This document shows positions 27,979 to 39,094 of a DNA stretch of 64,000 nt, piece after piece (the stretch's first letter is position 1; each line of letters starts with the position of its first letter). Where the stretch lies: contig JBHGNT010000015.1 of the NCBI GenBank assembly GCA_043228905.1, positions 20,026,001 to 20,090,000 of the forward strand. Reading direction: 5' to 3'. A model generated the notes under the pieces. It did no database searches, had not been told where the DNA came from, and was given only the letters and a program-made list of their open reading frames with translations. Source of the DNA: Azolla caroliniana (Eukaryota; Plantae; Polypodiophyta). The position numbers and the translations under genes are program-made.

Positions 27979-30900
27979 CTATTTTGTAATAGAAAACCTG
28001 TGATTTAGATTGCTAATCCCTACTGGACACGATGCTTTCTCATCATATTCTGCAAACTCCTCATCAGATAGGTCAATGTCTACAAATTTTGATCCTGATA
28101 CCTGTATAGCAACAAAAACTTTAAATATACTTCTTAGTCAAGTTTTATTATGCAAAGCATGCCTAGTAAAGCCTTGTAAACTATGTCATCAATGTTTATT
28201 CAAATATCTGATTGTGAATTTTGAACGCAGTTTGTTTCTCAGGACAAAAGAGTTAGAGAAAATTAAAGGCAAGTGCCGAGTTCAAGGTATTTGGTCAATG
28301 TGTACATCTATAGAGCTATGACATCTGCTCATGTAACTACATATATTAACAAACGCATCATTCTCATCAGTGAGGTCAATCACCTCGCGAGTTGCGAATG
28401 TCCACTGAGAATGGATGATTGTATCAGCTATGAGGTACTTCAGATAGTATTAATTAATCCAATAACTGGCAAATAGATGTCAGTATCTACTCGTTCAGTT
28501 AGCATTGTGCCTCTTTAGGCTCTACATTAATGCAGTGGTTACACCTTTAAGACTCATCATTTGGTTCCTATGTCACATGGGAGCCTCCAGTCCCCAATGG
28601 GACCTTCATGGCCACATGCAGTTCCAGCTAAAATTCATTGTGGGACGCACTTTTAGAACTCTTTATATCAGAGTTTTAATGTCTATAAACTTTGACCCTG
28701 ATATTTGCATAGCAACAAACCTTTAGATATACATCCTAATCAGGTTTGATGATGCAAATCATGCCTAATGAAGCCTTGTAAACTATTTCATCAATATCTA
28801 AGAGTTTGAGGAAAGTGCAGGCAGGTGCGGAGTACAGCCTCAAGTCAATGTGGATGCTTTACAGATGTATAGCGCCATGGCATCAGCTCACAGTGAAGCC
28901 TTGTAAACTATGCCACCAATGTCGATTTGAATATCTGATTGTGAATTTTGAAAACAGTTTGCTTCTATCAACAAAAGACATTGAGAATAAATGCAGGCAG
29001 GTGAGGAGTGCAAGCTCTTAAGTTGATGTGCATGGTTTTTTCAAATGTGCAAAGCTATGGCTTGTAAACTATCTCATCAATGTGAAGTTTGAAAGCAATT
29101 TGTTTCTAGGAACAAAAGTGCTCAAGGAAAATGCAGTCAGATGTGGAGTATAAGCTCTTAGGTCAATGTGCATGCTTTCTTTGAAATGTGTAGAGCTATG
29201 CAGGCAACTGATAGTGAAGGCTTGTAAACTATCTCATCAATGTTTCTTTTAATATCTGATTGTGAGCAGTTTGTTTCCTGGCGCAAGAGAGTTAGAGCAA
29301 AATGCAGGCCAGTGTGGAGTGCAAGTTCATAAGTCAATGCGCATGTTTTTTTCAAATGTATACGACTATACCGTCAGCTCACATGAATCCTTGTAAATCA
29401 CGTCATTAATGTCTATTTGAATATCTGATTGTGAATTTTGAAAGCATTTGTTTCTTGGAGCAGATGAGTTTGCACAAAAATGCAGGCAGATGCAGAGCTC
29501 GTGAGTCAATGTGAATGTTTTCCAAATGTGTAGAGCTATACCATCAGCACACAGAAGTAAGTATATAAACAAGAGCATTATCTATTATCTGCCACGAGGA
29601 ATAGTCACATGAATCTACAGGTGCTCAATTCAAGCTATTTGATCACTCCATATGTTTTCTGAATGTGTAAAGCTACCCTATCAGCCTGCAGAAGAAGACC
29701 CTACTCCTCACTGAGGAATTGTGAGATGAATTTAAATACCATCACTCTAACCAGCAAAGGCCTCCTGCTGGAAGATTGTTTGGCAAAATCCCATAAAGGT
29801 AATGACATGAGCATGGCTTAATCCAGCATTTATATGTCTCTTAATAAGTGGTCAAAACATCTCAATGCAAATCATAATGATAAGAAACAATCAACATAAT
29901 AAAAAAGAAGGATCAAAATCTTGTAGTAAACATACCCCTTCAGCAGCCCATCCACTTCTGAAGGAAAATTCACAAGGTTCGATTCCTCTACAATCAAAGC
30001 ACGCAATGGCAATATACTTTCCAGACTCGCTATCTTCAAGGGTATATGGACTCCCTTTTCCTTCCACCATAGTGATTGAACCATCTCTGCCACAGAATTT
30101 GCACTAAGACAAGAAAAAACTAAAAACATTGAGCACATCCTCCCTTGAACCAAGGCTCGCTTGAGATTCTCGAGCGGCCCTATCTCATTTTGTGCATGAA
30201 AAGATCCACAGCACAATGTGCAGAAGATACTTCTTGGTGTCAGAATGTCATATCAAGTTCTTTTACACTCTGAGAATGTTATTGGAAATGATACTTCTTG
30301 GTGACAAGTAAAATAAATGAACCTACCTTTCACATAAGTCTATGTTTGGGGTTCTCTTACCAAGTTTTATTTAACGTTGTTCAAATGTTACAGAAAATGA
30401 TAAGCTTCCCACTTAAAATAAATGAACCTACCTTTTGCACAAGACTAGGTTCAGGATTCTCTCACTAAGTTTTCTTTCATGCTGTTCAAATATTATTATT
30501 GATGAAAAGTGTCACTAGTAAATTAGCTGAACCAGAATATGTTCAGGATTTTCTTCCCCAGTTTAATTTCAAATTGTTCAATTATATTATTTGAGATGAA
30601 AAGCTTCCACACATGAGGAACTGAGCCTACCTCTTGCACTTTGATGAACTGTTCCTTGGCTTTCTTAGGCAAATCAACCAACTTTTCAGGTATTGCAGAT
30701 ATTACAGGAGGAAATAAAAAAGCTTCACATGCAAAGAACAGAAAAAGCTTACATTTTCACATGAGATGAGATTTTCCTCGGCATTTATATGCAAAATCAA
30801 TGATTTCACATATGGAAACATTTCCATGAGTAGATATTTCAGATACACGAATGTTTCCACGAGTAGATATTATATGGTATGAAAAGCTTCCAATGTAAAG

Positions 30901-31390
30901 AAATGAGCTTACCTTTTGCACCAGATGAGCTTTTCCTCGGCTTTTCGGCAAATCTACCATTTCAGATGCAGAAACACAAGAAAACTTGTCTGAAATCTCA
31001 CCGCAGCTGCCACATTTGACCTGCGAGGTCAGAAAAATGAAGAATAAGTTTACAATGAAAAGAAAGATATCGAAAGAATGCTGCAAAAAGAGATCAATAG
31101 AACTAGGATCTTAAAGAAAATAATTCAGAGAAAAGATCGAAAGAACAGGGATCTAAGGAAGGGAGAAAGGCATGGGAGGAGTGAGAAAAAACCAATCAAC
31201 TAAAGAAGGGAAATGAAAGAAAGATATGGAAGGACTGCAGAATCAAACTGAAGAAGAAGAAAGAAAGAAAGAAATGAAAGAAGGGAGCAATGCTTACCTT
31301 GAAGAAGTAAGGGAAATCAGAAGCATCTTGAGGCTGCAAATTTGTGAGGCTTTCAAGCTCAGCTTTGATCTCCAAGGAGAGCAACACCAT
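27979..31390 (-). CDS. CXXC motif-containing zinc-binding protein (CZIB/C1orf123/UPF0587, DUF866), 163 aa; exons 31390-31298, 31020-30913, 30103-29936, 28101-27979
   Basis: MVLLSLEIKAELESLTNLQP...FPYFFK|VKCGSCGE...RGKAHLVQK|CKFCGRDGS...FDCRGIEP|VSGSKFVDIDLSDEEFAEYDEKASCPVGISNL; all GT-AG, phase 0. Confidence 0.93.
28060..29560. repeat. Degenerate ~125-170 bp tandem array in CZIB intron 3, including a copy of the exon-4 acceptor region
   Basis: (aag)ccttgtaaactat.tcatcaatgt...atctgattgtga recurs about 6 times; 28670-28795 copies 28070-28192. Confidence 0.8.
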
Positions 31391-31410
31391 GGCTACAGAA
31401 GATCGCCTCC

Positions 31411-31428
31411 TCCAGCAGCAGCAGCCGC

Positions 31429-31468
<40 letters not shown>

Positions 31469-31510
31469 AACAGAGAGACACAAGACACAGAAATAAGAAT
31501 GATCACAAAC

Positions 31511-31549
<39 letters not shown>

Positions 31550-31550
31550 G
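31411..31550. repeat. (CAG)n, (CT)n and (GA)n microsatellites in the CZIB 5' region
   Basis: Directly visible. Confidence 0.9.
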
Positions 31551-31599
31551 TGAGAGTACATAGTTGAATGAAGCAAATATGGCCTCCTGCCGTCGCCAT

Positions 31600-31750
31600 C
31601 GCCTACCGGTGTTTTCCGGAAGGTCTCGTGTCGGCCTCGTGTCATAGCCTACCGGTGTTTTCCGGAAGGTCTTGTGTTGGCCTCGTGTTGGCCTCGTGTC
31701 ATAGCCTAGCGCTGTTTTCCGGAAGGTCTTGTGTCGGCCCCGTGTCATAG
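31600..31750. repeat. ~46-56 bp GC-rich tandem repeat x3 upstream of CZIB
   Basis: gcctaccggtgttttccggaaggtct.gtgt.ggcctcgtgtcata repeated. Confidence 0.85.
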
Positions 31751-33539
31751 ATAAGATAAAGATATCCTCTGAAGCCCTATAGGCTCCGACGGCCCGACTT
31801 ACAAATCCTGTCCTCCCCAGGCTTTTTTGTCCGCCCCCGGACCCTTTCTGTCCGGCCGGCCAATGCATACACGCGAAAGGCTCACTCTGCCCCCACCACA
31901 CGTCTGCAAGGTTTTTCATCTTGCATGAACACGAACGCATACCATGCAACAATAATCGCCTTGTATGATGAGGGGCATGTGGAAAACGCAGACCCCTGCC
32001 CGAAAAACCTCTTTCGATATTGAACTCTTAACATTAAATAGCTTGAATGCTAGATCAAATTTATTGTAGGGCCCCCTCATTCCATTCCACCTTTGGACCC
32101 CAATCGGAATACGAGGAATCACGCTCTTGTGTCCTTTTTTTGTCACCCCCATGCGATCTTTTCATTTCCTTAGCAACATTTTTACTTAGCAGTCGTACCA
32201 ATCTGAAGCTTCGCTGGTTATAACAACGAACAAAAAGACATGAGCCATGCACAACACTTCTTCATCTGCCACCTTTGACAACCATGTGGAATAGACATAT
32301 GGTTACATTGAAAAGGAACAACAAATTTCCAATTTTGATCCTAGTATATGCTAAACACACACAAGATTTATGATAGCTTTTGCAACTCAAATTGCCGAGC
32401 ATCATTTTGCCTCTCTAACGAGGTTACACTGACAAAAAAACAAAATTACAAATTACAAGTACATCGATAGAAGTAGTATCTTTATTAGATAAGCACTAGC
32501 GACATTGTCATTGCTTTAAATAAGCGAGCACCTCATGGACTCGTGAATGGTTTGGTGAATGTTGCATAGGTTAGGGGAACTTAAAAGTTATTGCAACGTT
32601 AGTTAATCTCTTCATTTTCCCCATATTTTGGTAATTTCTAGGTAACGTTGATTGCCATTCGTTGTTTTTCTTGTAAAAATCATAGAAATAATCGAACTTT
32701 TTAAACTTCTTGAAAAATATCCATTAAAACATGCCAATAAAGATTAGTTGCATAAAATACTTGCATATGTCCCATTTTTATTGTACATGTCAAACGCTAG
32801 AGCCTAGGACGCAGCACAACCTCTACGTGCACATTTGACTAGATTCCACGCAATTAAATGATCCATCTTGGCATCAAAGTTTCTTTTTTTTTGCTTAATA
32901 AACATGCATCGAAAACAAACACTTCTCTAATAACACAAACAAAGTTGGGTAGTTATGAACCTTTCTTATTGACAAAGATGGGCACTTTTTAAACACCGAA
33001 AATACCTTTTATTGTGTGTTAAGTAGAGACGCCAAATTTCTCTCTCGCTAACATTCCAAAACAAAGTTCATAATTTTGAAATCTTCTTTGATTGATTGTA
33101 GTCCAACTAATTAGGTTTCTTTAGACATGGCACCTTGGAACTCTATAAGGTTGGTGAAGAGACATCAACTTGCACCATCAATAACTTGGCTTGTTGCTTT
33201 AAAAGTAGGCCATAGCCCCATATAATTGTTGCATATCGAAGATGAGACAAAAACACACATGCACTTATGTCTTCATTAACCACATTCTCTAATATTGGTC
33301 TTTGCAAGTAGATATGGCCATGCTTCATTCTCCACTACCAATGATGAAGATCATGTTGCAAGTGTGCAATAAGCTTGTGCGTAACGTAACCCCTTCAATT
33401 AGATCGTACCTACAAGGATTGTTACCTTTGAGGAATAGTCCAAATTCGATAATCTTACATTGTCAATAGCCTAATGTGTTGCTCTAGAAGCACCTCGTAC
33501 TGCCTTATAATTGATGCATACATGCTCCTTTCTCTTGAT

Positions 33540-34811
33540 GACCTAAAACAAAAATGGGGAAGTGTTGTCGTGTATGCATAGTAATTCAATACAAAATGGG
33601 GTGGTTTGGGAGACTATTAGTTCCATAATATTGTGGGTTTTGTGGACTAGTAGATGTCGAAGGATATTTCAGCAAATTCAATGGAATGTTGTGGATATAG
33701 TCAAGAAGATTTGGTTGACCTTGGTGCATACACTAAAAGGAGAGTATGACGCTATCAAGGGTGATTTAGATGTAGTCCTTCAAAAGAAAGAGGTTTTTAA
33801 GAAGACATGAGAAAGGATGAATGTATTTTACATGGTTAATTGTTGTATACATTGGAGGTATTCGCCACCTCTCTGGGTATTTCCTCCACCGATATGAGAC
33901 ATGGGGATATGTTAATTGTTATTGGTACTACCTTAGGAGTTATGTATGTTAATGGCAGTCTATGAGTAGTTGAAAAGAAAGAAATAATTGAGATTTTGTG
34001 CAATCTCATTCGAGACTTATTTTTTGGTTTGGTGATATCAAAAGAAATTATGGCATCATGGCTTATTTGGAATTTTGCCCTTCGAGGAGTAGGAAAAGGA
34101 TACGAAGTGAAATTTGAAAACAGGGTTTGGAACATGATTTTGTAATCACTAAAATGCTAAATGATATGTATGCAGAATCCCATTTCTTCTTATAAGATGA
34201 ATGGAGTAATTGAAATAGGTGGAGGGGGGTGCTCTTATGTATGCATTCGGAAGAAGTTTGTTTCTTCTTATGTGATGGATGGTGTCATGAAGCACTGTTG
34301 ATTGCATGCAACATGTGGAAGGTTATCATATGCATATAAACTGGTCGAAGGGTTGAGATCCCTTAAGGTGGGTGTTGATCACATGGCTTTACATGATGGC
34401 ATGTTCATACATACTGGAATCATGGATCGAGGCACACAAAATGACCTCTATACCATAATGCTTTGATTGAGTTTTACGTTGAATATGGAAAATAGAGGAG
34501 GCTTGGTCATTGTAAATGTGGGGGTATATTGGATGCATGTGATGGATGACCCAAAGGTGGTATCTGGATATGTTGAATATGAATATGATGAGGCAGATTA
34601 ATTTCGTTTGAACATATGCAAATTCATGGTATGTTTCAACTATTGAGGAAGTGTTCAATCAAGTCTATCAAAAGAAGAATTCATGGCTAGCTATTGTCTT
34701 ACACAAGACGGGTTGGGGAAGGATAATCATCTCCTTTCCATCATTTTGTATTTTGTAGCTGATATGCTTTTTTAAACTAATGGAATGATATGTTTTCTAA
34801 ACAATAAAAAA
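33540..34811 (+). mobile_element. 3' end of an L1-clade LINE (ORF2 C-terminus, long 3' UTR, A-rich tail)
   Basis: VWETISSIILWVLWTSRCRRIFQ...IWLTLVHTLKGEYD homologous to the C-termini of the LINEs at 11.2 kb and 49.2 kb; aataaaaaa at ~34803-34811. Confidence 0.75.
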
Positions 34812-35765
34812 GGCTTCTCTTTGGGTAGTTGTGACCATGCCTTGTTTTCTTTTCACACAAAATGTAGCTATATTTGATTCAAATACCCAAGACAAAAAGA
34901 AAGAAACAAGTCAAGTCTTGGAGCAACAAACATGATGGTCGAATATGTGGAGGCAAACAAAGTTGCATTTAACCAAAATGATTAAATTATGGCTGAATTT
35001 GAAAAGGTAAGATACTCGTGGGACACTTATTGTAGTGTAGGCAATATTGTGAGCAAATATACACATGAGAATGTTTAAGATTGATGATGTGGGTACAAAC
35101 ACAATACTACTCCTCTTAGCAATTAGCGAAATGAGAACTTTGAAAATCGATGAGGTTGCCATAAACTTGTAGCCAATAACGAAGTGAAAACTTTGAAGAA
35201 AGGTGAGCTTACCATATGATGTTAGATTCTACCTCGTAGCAAATATTCAAAACAAGAATTTTGAAGATTGACAGTGCGAATATAGATTGCCATCAGCTCA
35301 TACGGTAACCCATTTGTTGCATTTGGGGATTTGATTTATTGTGGATCACATAGTAAATAAATTTCAATAATTTCCAAACAAATTTTGTAAGGGAGATATA
35401 TTAAGTGAAAATAACTTCCACATCCTTGCCTTCAAACAAAGAAGGTGTCAAATCTATTAACATCTATTATGAGGATTGTTAGAAACATATGTATCGAGGA
35501 AGGATGGCTTTGGATAGTCGATATTGATCACAATGTGATTGCAACAGTTGGCATTGGAAATTATACGATTGATCAAGCATCATTAGGGTGGGTAAGGCAT
35601 AGAAAGCAAAAAACGAGGCCTTGACAATGACAACCCATCCACAAGAATTGTATTGTTAGCCAAAATAACAAGTCTACAACAAAGACTAGTCAATTGCTTC
35701 TCGGCTTGAAGAATAATATCAATTAGCTTGGTCCATAATACAATAACTCTCTTTTTATGTTGTCA

Positions 35766-36299
35766 CTAAGGAGAACTTTCATACAAATCACTTATAGAGA
35801 AGGGATTAAGACAACTATTGCTCCGATTTATAGAGACGAGGCCTTGGTTAGGGCTACTCGGGGCGGATTGAGTTGGCAAGAACTTGCTCCTTTGCAATAG
35901 TCTTTTCATTGTTTGTACAAGGTCGTCGAGTGGGCTATTATTGTATTTCTCATTGATTGCCCCTTTTGTTCCCACCTTAATATTGAATTGCCTACATACA
36001 TTCATATGGGATTCAAGGGCATTCTCTAATATATAGTTATGCCCCCTTTCATTAACATTATAATTGCCACTAGCTTTGATATACTCTTCATTCACGGCAA
36101 CTCCACAGAGCCCACATATCCATTTTCCACAAAAGAGGCTTTTCACATGGGCAATATATGTTGGTGTGCATTCTTCAATATGTTCACAACACTCACACTT
36201 AACTTGATCAACTTCTTGCACCATACCTCTTTCTAATGGGTCCTCATCATTCATTTTGAAGCTCTCTTCCATTTTCATCACCATTATCATCAAGTACAT
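35766..36299 (-). CDS. DUF1677 family protein, single exon
   Basis: Signature VKCECCEHIEECTPTYIAHVKSLFCGKWICGLCGVAVNEE...ALESHMNVCRQF; start Met uncertain. Confidence 0.88.
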   Translation of the reverse strand: MYLMIMVMKMEESFKMNDEDPLERGMVQEVDQVKCECCEHIEECTPTYIAHVKSLFCGKWICGLCGVAVNEEYIKASGNYNVNERGHNYILENALESHMNVCRQFNIKVGTKGAINEKYNNSPLDDLVQTMKRLLQRSKFLPTQSAPSSPNQGLVSINRSNSCLNPFSISDLYESSP

Positions 36300-36749
36300 A
36301 TAATTGCTCCCTTCATTAATTCACAATCATATGATCAATTTTTGGAGAACATGAAGGGAAAGAGAAACCTCTACACATCATAGCAATGGGGTGAAGATAT
36401 GGCGTGCAAATCTGGCAAAGATTTTTATTTAGAACAATGGATCTTAGGAGCATAGCAAGAATGATGAATATGACAAATGAGAAGAACAATCACACCATAA
36501 AAAAAGGATTGAAATCTTAACACCACCTACAATATGAAGCCTAAAGTATGGGGCTTATAAGGCATATATATAGTCCTAGCATTAGAGTTTAGAAGGGAAA
36601 ACAACAATAAGGACAAAGTCATCAATAACAAGTATATTTTAAGTGTGTGGGGGTAAGGTGGACCTTGACTCCACATATTGAGGGGATTATTATCATCCCA
36701 TCACCATAATAATAATATTGACCCATCATCAATAAGCCACATGCTAGGA

Positions 36750-36751
<2 letters not shown>

Positions 36752-36823
<72 letters not shown>

Positions 36824-36852
36824 CACACACACAATCTCTCTCTCTCTCTCTC
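36752..36852. repeat. (CA)n + (CT)n microsatellite
   Basis: Long CA run followed by a TC run. Confidence 0.95.
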
Positions 36853-38605
36853 CAAGTTCCCACATTTTAAAATTTATTCTCGAATTCACCCTCGTAGAGT
36901 ATTTAAACTTCTCCCTTAAAAGATGCCGATATTTCCTTCTTTCTCTCTAATGACATCGTTTTAAGGTGTAATCTCTCGTTCGTTCTCGTATGCATGCCTC
37001 TTAAAAGACACAAGGACATATGTACACATATTTTTATATATTCCCTCCCCCCCCCCTTTTCAAAATAAGCTTTAAAAGTTTTCTGTATGTGATTGCCATG
37101 TACACACATTGGTTGATCGTTGAGCAATATGGTCATTGCAAACAAGCACATTGCATTTGTGATTTTGAGGTTTCTCTAGACCAAAATTTGTTGAGGCATC
37201 TTGACTTTCTACATGTCTAACCGGTTCAATGAATCACAATACGTTATTTTAATGCTAGAAAGCGGTAATATACATCAAATACAATCACATCCATATGGTG
37301 TCTAACTGACTTCAAAAAGTAGGAAATGCATATTATCTACACATTGATAACATTGTCATCAATTTGTCTTATTTAGCTCAACAATGACTTCAACATATTT
37401 TATTTTGCGTTGTCGACCTTTGAGGTTACAATCAAACACTTTAGCCACAAGTTGGATGTTTTTTTATTTTTAAATGGGGTATTATTCAATGAAACGAAAA
37501 GAGATTACCCTTGTTTGGCAACTTGGCTAAGTTTATGATTCTACCAACCAAGATGACCTATTGATTCTTGAAGTGCCCCATGAAAAGGCATCCAAAATAC
37601 CAATTTCCAAATCAATTCTGGATGTCTTTGGCATGTAAAACTAGCAACCAACCAATAATATTTGTGAGTTGAGTGATTCACCTCCTATGTTATTTATTCT
37701 TGGTCTTATTATTAGAGAAGCCAAATTTGGAAAGTGAATAAAAAATAGTGGAACCACTAACATGATTTAACATACATATGCATAGCCTATAGGTATACAA
37801 TATATATAGAATTTGGTAATTGAATAATGAAAGCCACGCATATTTTGTGATTTGATTCAAGAAAAGGAGCATTGTATTAGCTTGCACATATTTTATTTAT
37901 AGCATAAGTGCTTATACTTTTGCATCGATTAAAATTGGTAACTTTGATATTGTCTTTGTACATAGACTAAGGTAGTCCCAATATGATATATAAATTTCAA
38001 CGTTCAGATCAAGTATCCATAAGCGTGAAACCTAGGGCATGAGGAAATATGACAATATATTGGATTCTTTGAAGGAGCATTAGATCAATTTGTGTGTGGT
38101 TTATTTTGTCGATGATTTACACTTCGAAACATAGACTTGGACATTGAGACATTAATACACCATAAATACATATATGACCAATGCTACATTGTTTGGTCAA
38201 TGCCTAATACTTTCTTAACATACACTTGGACATTGACGCACCAACACACCATAAATAAACACATATAGGACCATCTCTCATGCACTAGCGTGATAGCATG
38301 ATAATCAATAACTATCAATCAACTAAACATTGAATGGTCTTGATAATGAATCAATATGCCACTAGCACAATATTAATGAATATACATCACATATAGACGT
38401 ATAGTTGTAATGTTCCACTTATATAGTTTGAATTAATGTAAATTAAAACAAGGTTTCGTCTTTAATGGATGTTTATCAAGTTTAATAATTGCATGTTCAA
38501 GCACCCATGTGGTGCAAAAGCAATGCATTTGTCTTATCGAGAAGGACAATTTATATTGTTCCAACTAATATGTGACTATATGACACCCTTCCTATTCAAT
38601 AGCTG

Positions 38606-38895
38606 CTTTGAGGCCCTGAAAAGATAGAATTACTAGATATACTTAAACAACTAGGCTAACCTATAACAACTTAAGTGGTTCTTGAGTAGTTGTTGGATTC
38701 TCAAAGCTTTGAGGTCCCGAAAAGATAGAATTATTGGATATACTTAAACAACTAGGCTAACCTATAACAACCTAAGTGGTTCTCTGAGTAGTTGTTGGAC
38801 TCTCAAAGCTTTGAGGCCCCGAAAAGATAGAATTATTGGATATACTTAAACAACTAGGCTAACCTATAACAACCTAAGTGGTTATTGAGTAGTTG
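38606..38895. repeat. ~100-bp tandem repeat x3
   Basis: gctttgagg.cc.gaaaagatagaatta...caactaggctaacctataacaac.taagtggtt..tgagtagttg at 38606, 38707 and 38807. Confidence 0.92.
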
Positions 38896-39094
38896 CGTGT
38901 GCATAAACCCCTGTGTTACATTAACCAATCTACATGTGTTAAGATCATTGGCAATAAAAGACAAAAACGTGGAACTTAAAAATGTTAAGTTCTTTGACTG
39001 TGTGTTAACCTATGAATTTCTTCAAATGATATAATATATACCTTGTTTTCAGAATAAACTAGAACATTATTTAAAAGATGTTTATATAATATAA

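Noticed and set aside
38606-38895. CRISPR-like array (also considered for 31600-31750)
   Set aside because: Whole units repeat without unique spacers; eukaryotic context and no cas genes.
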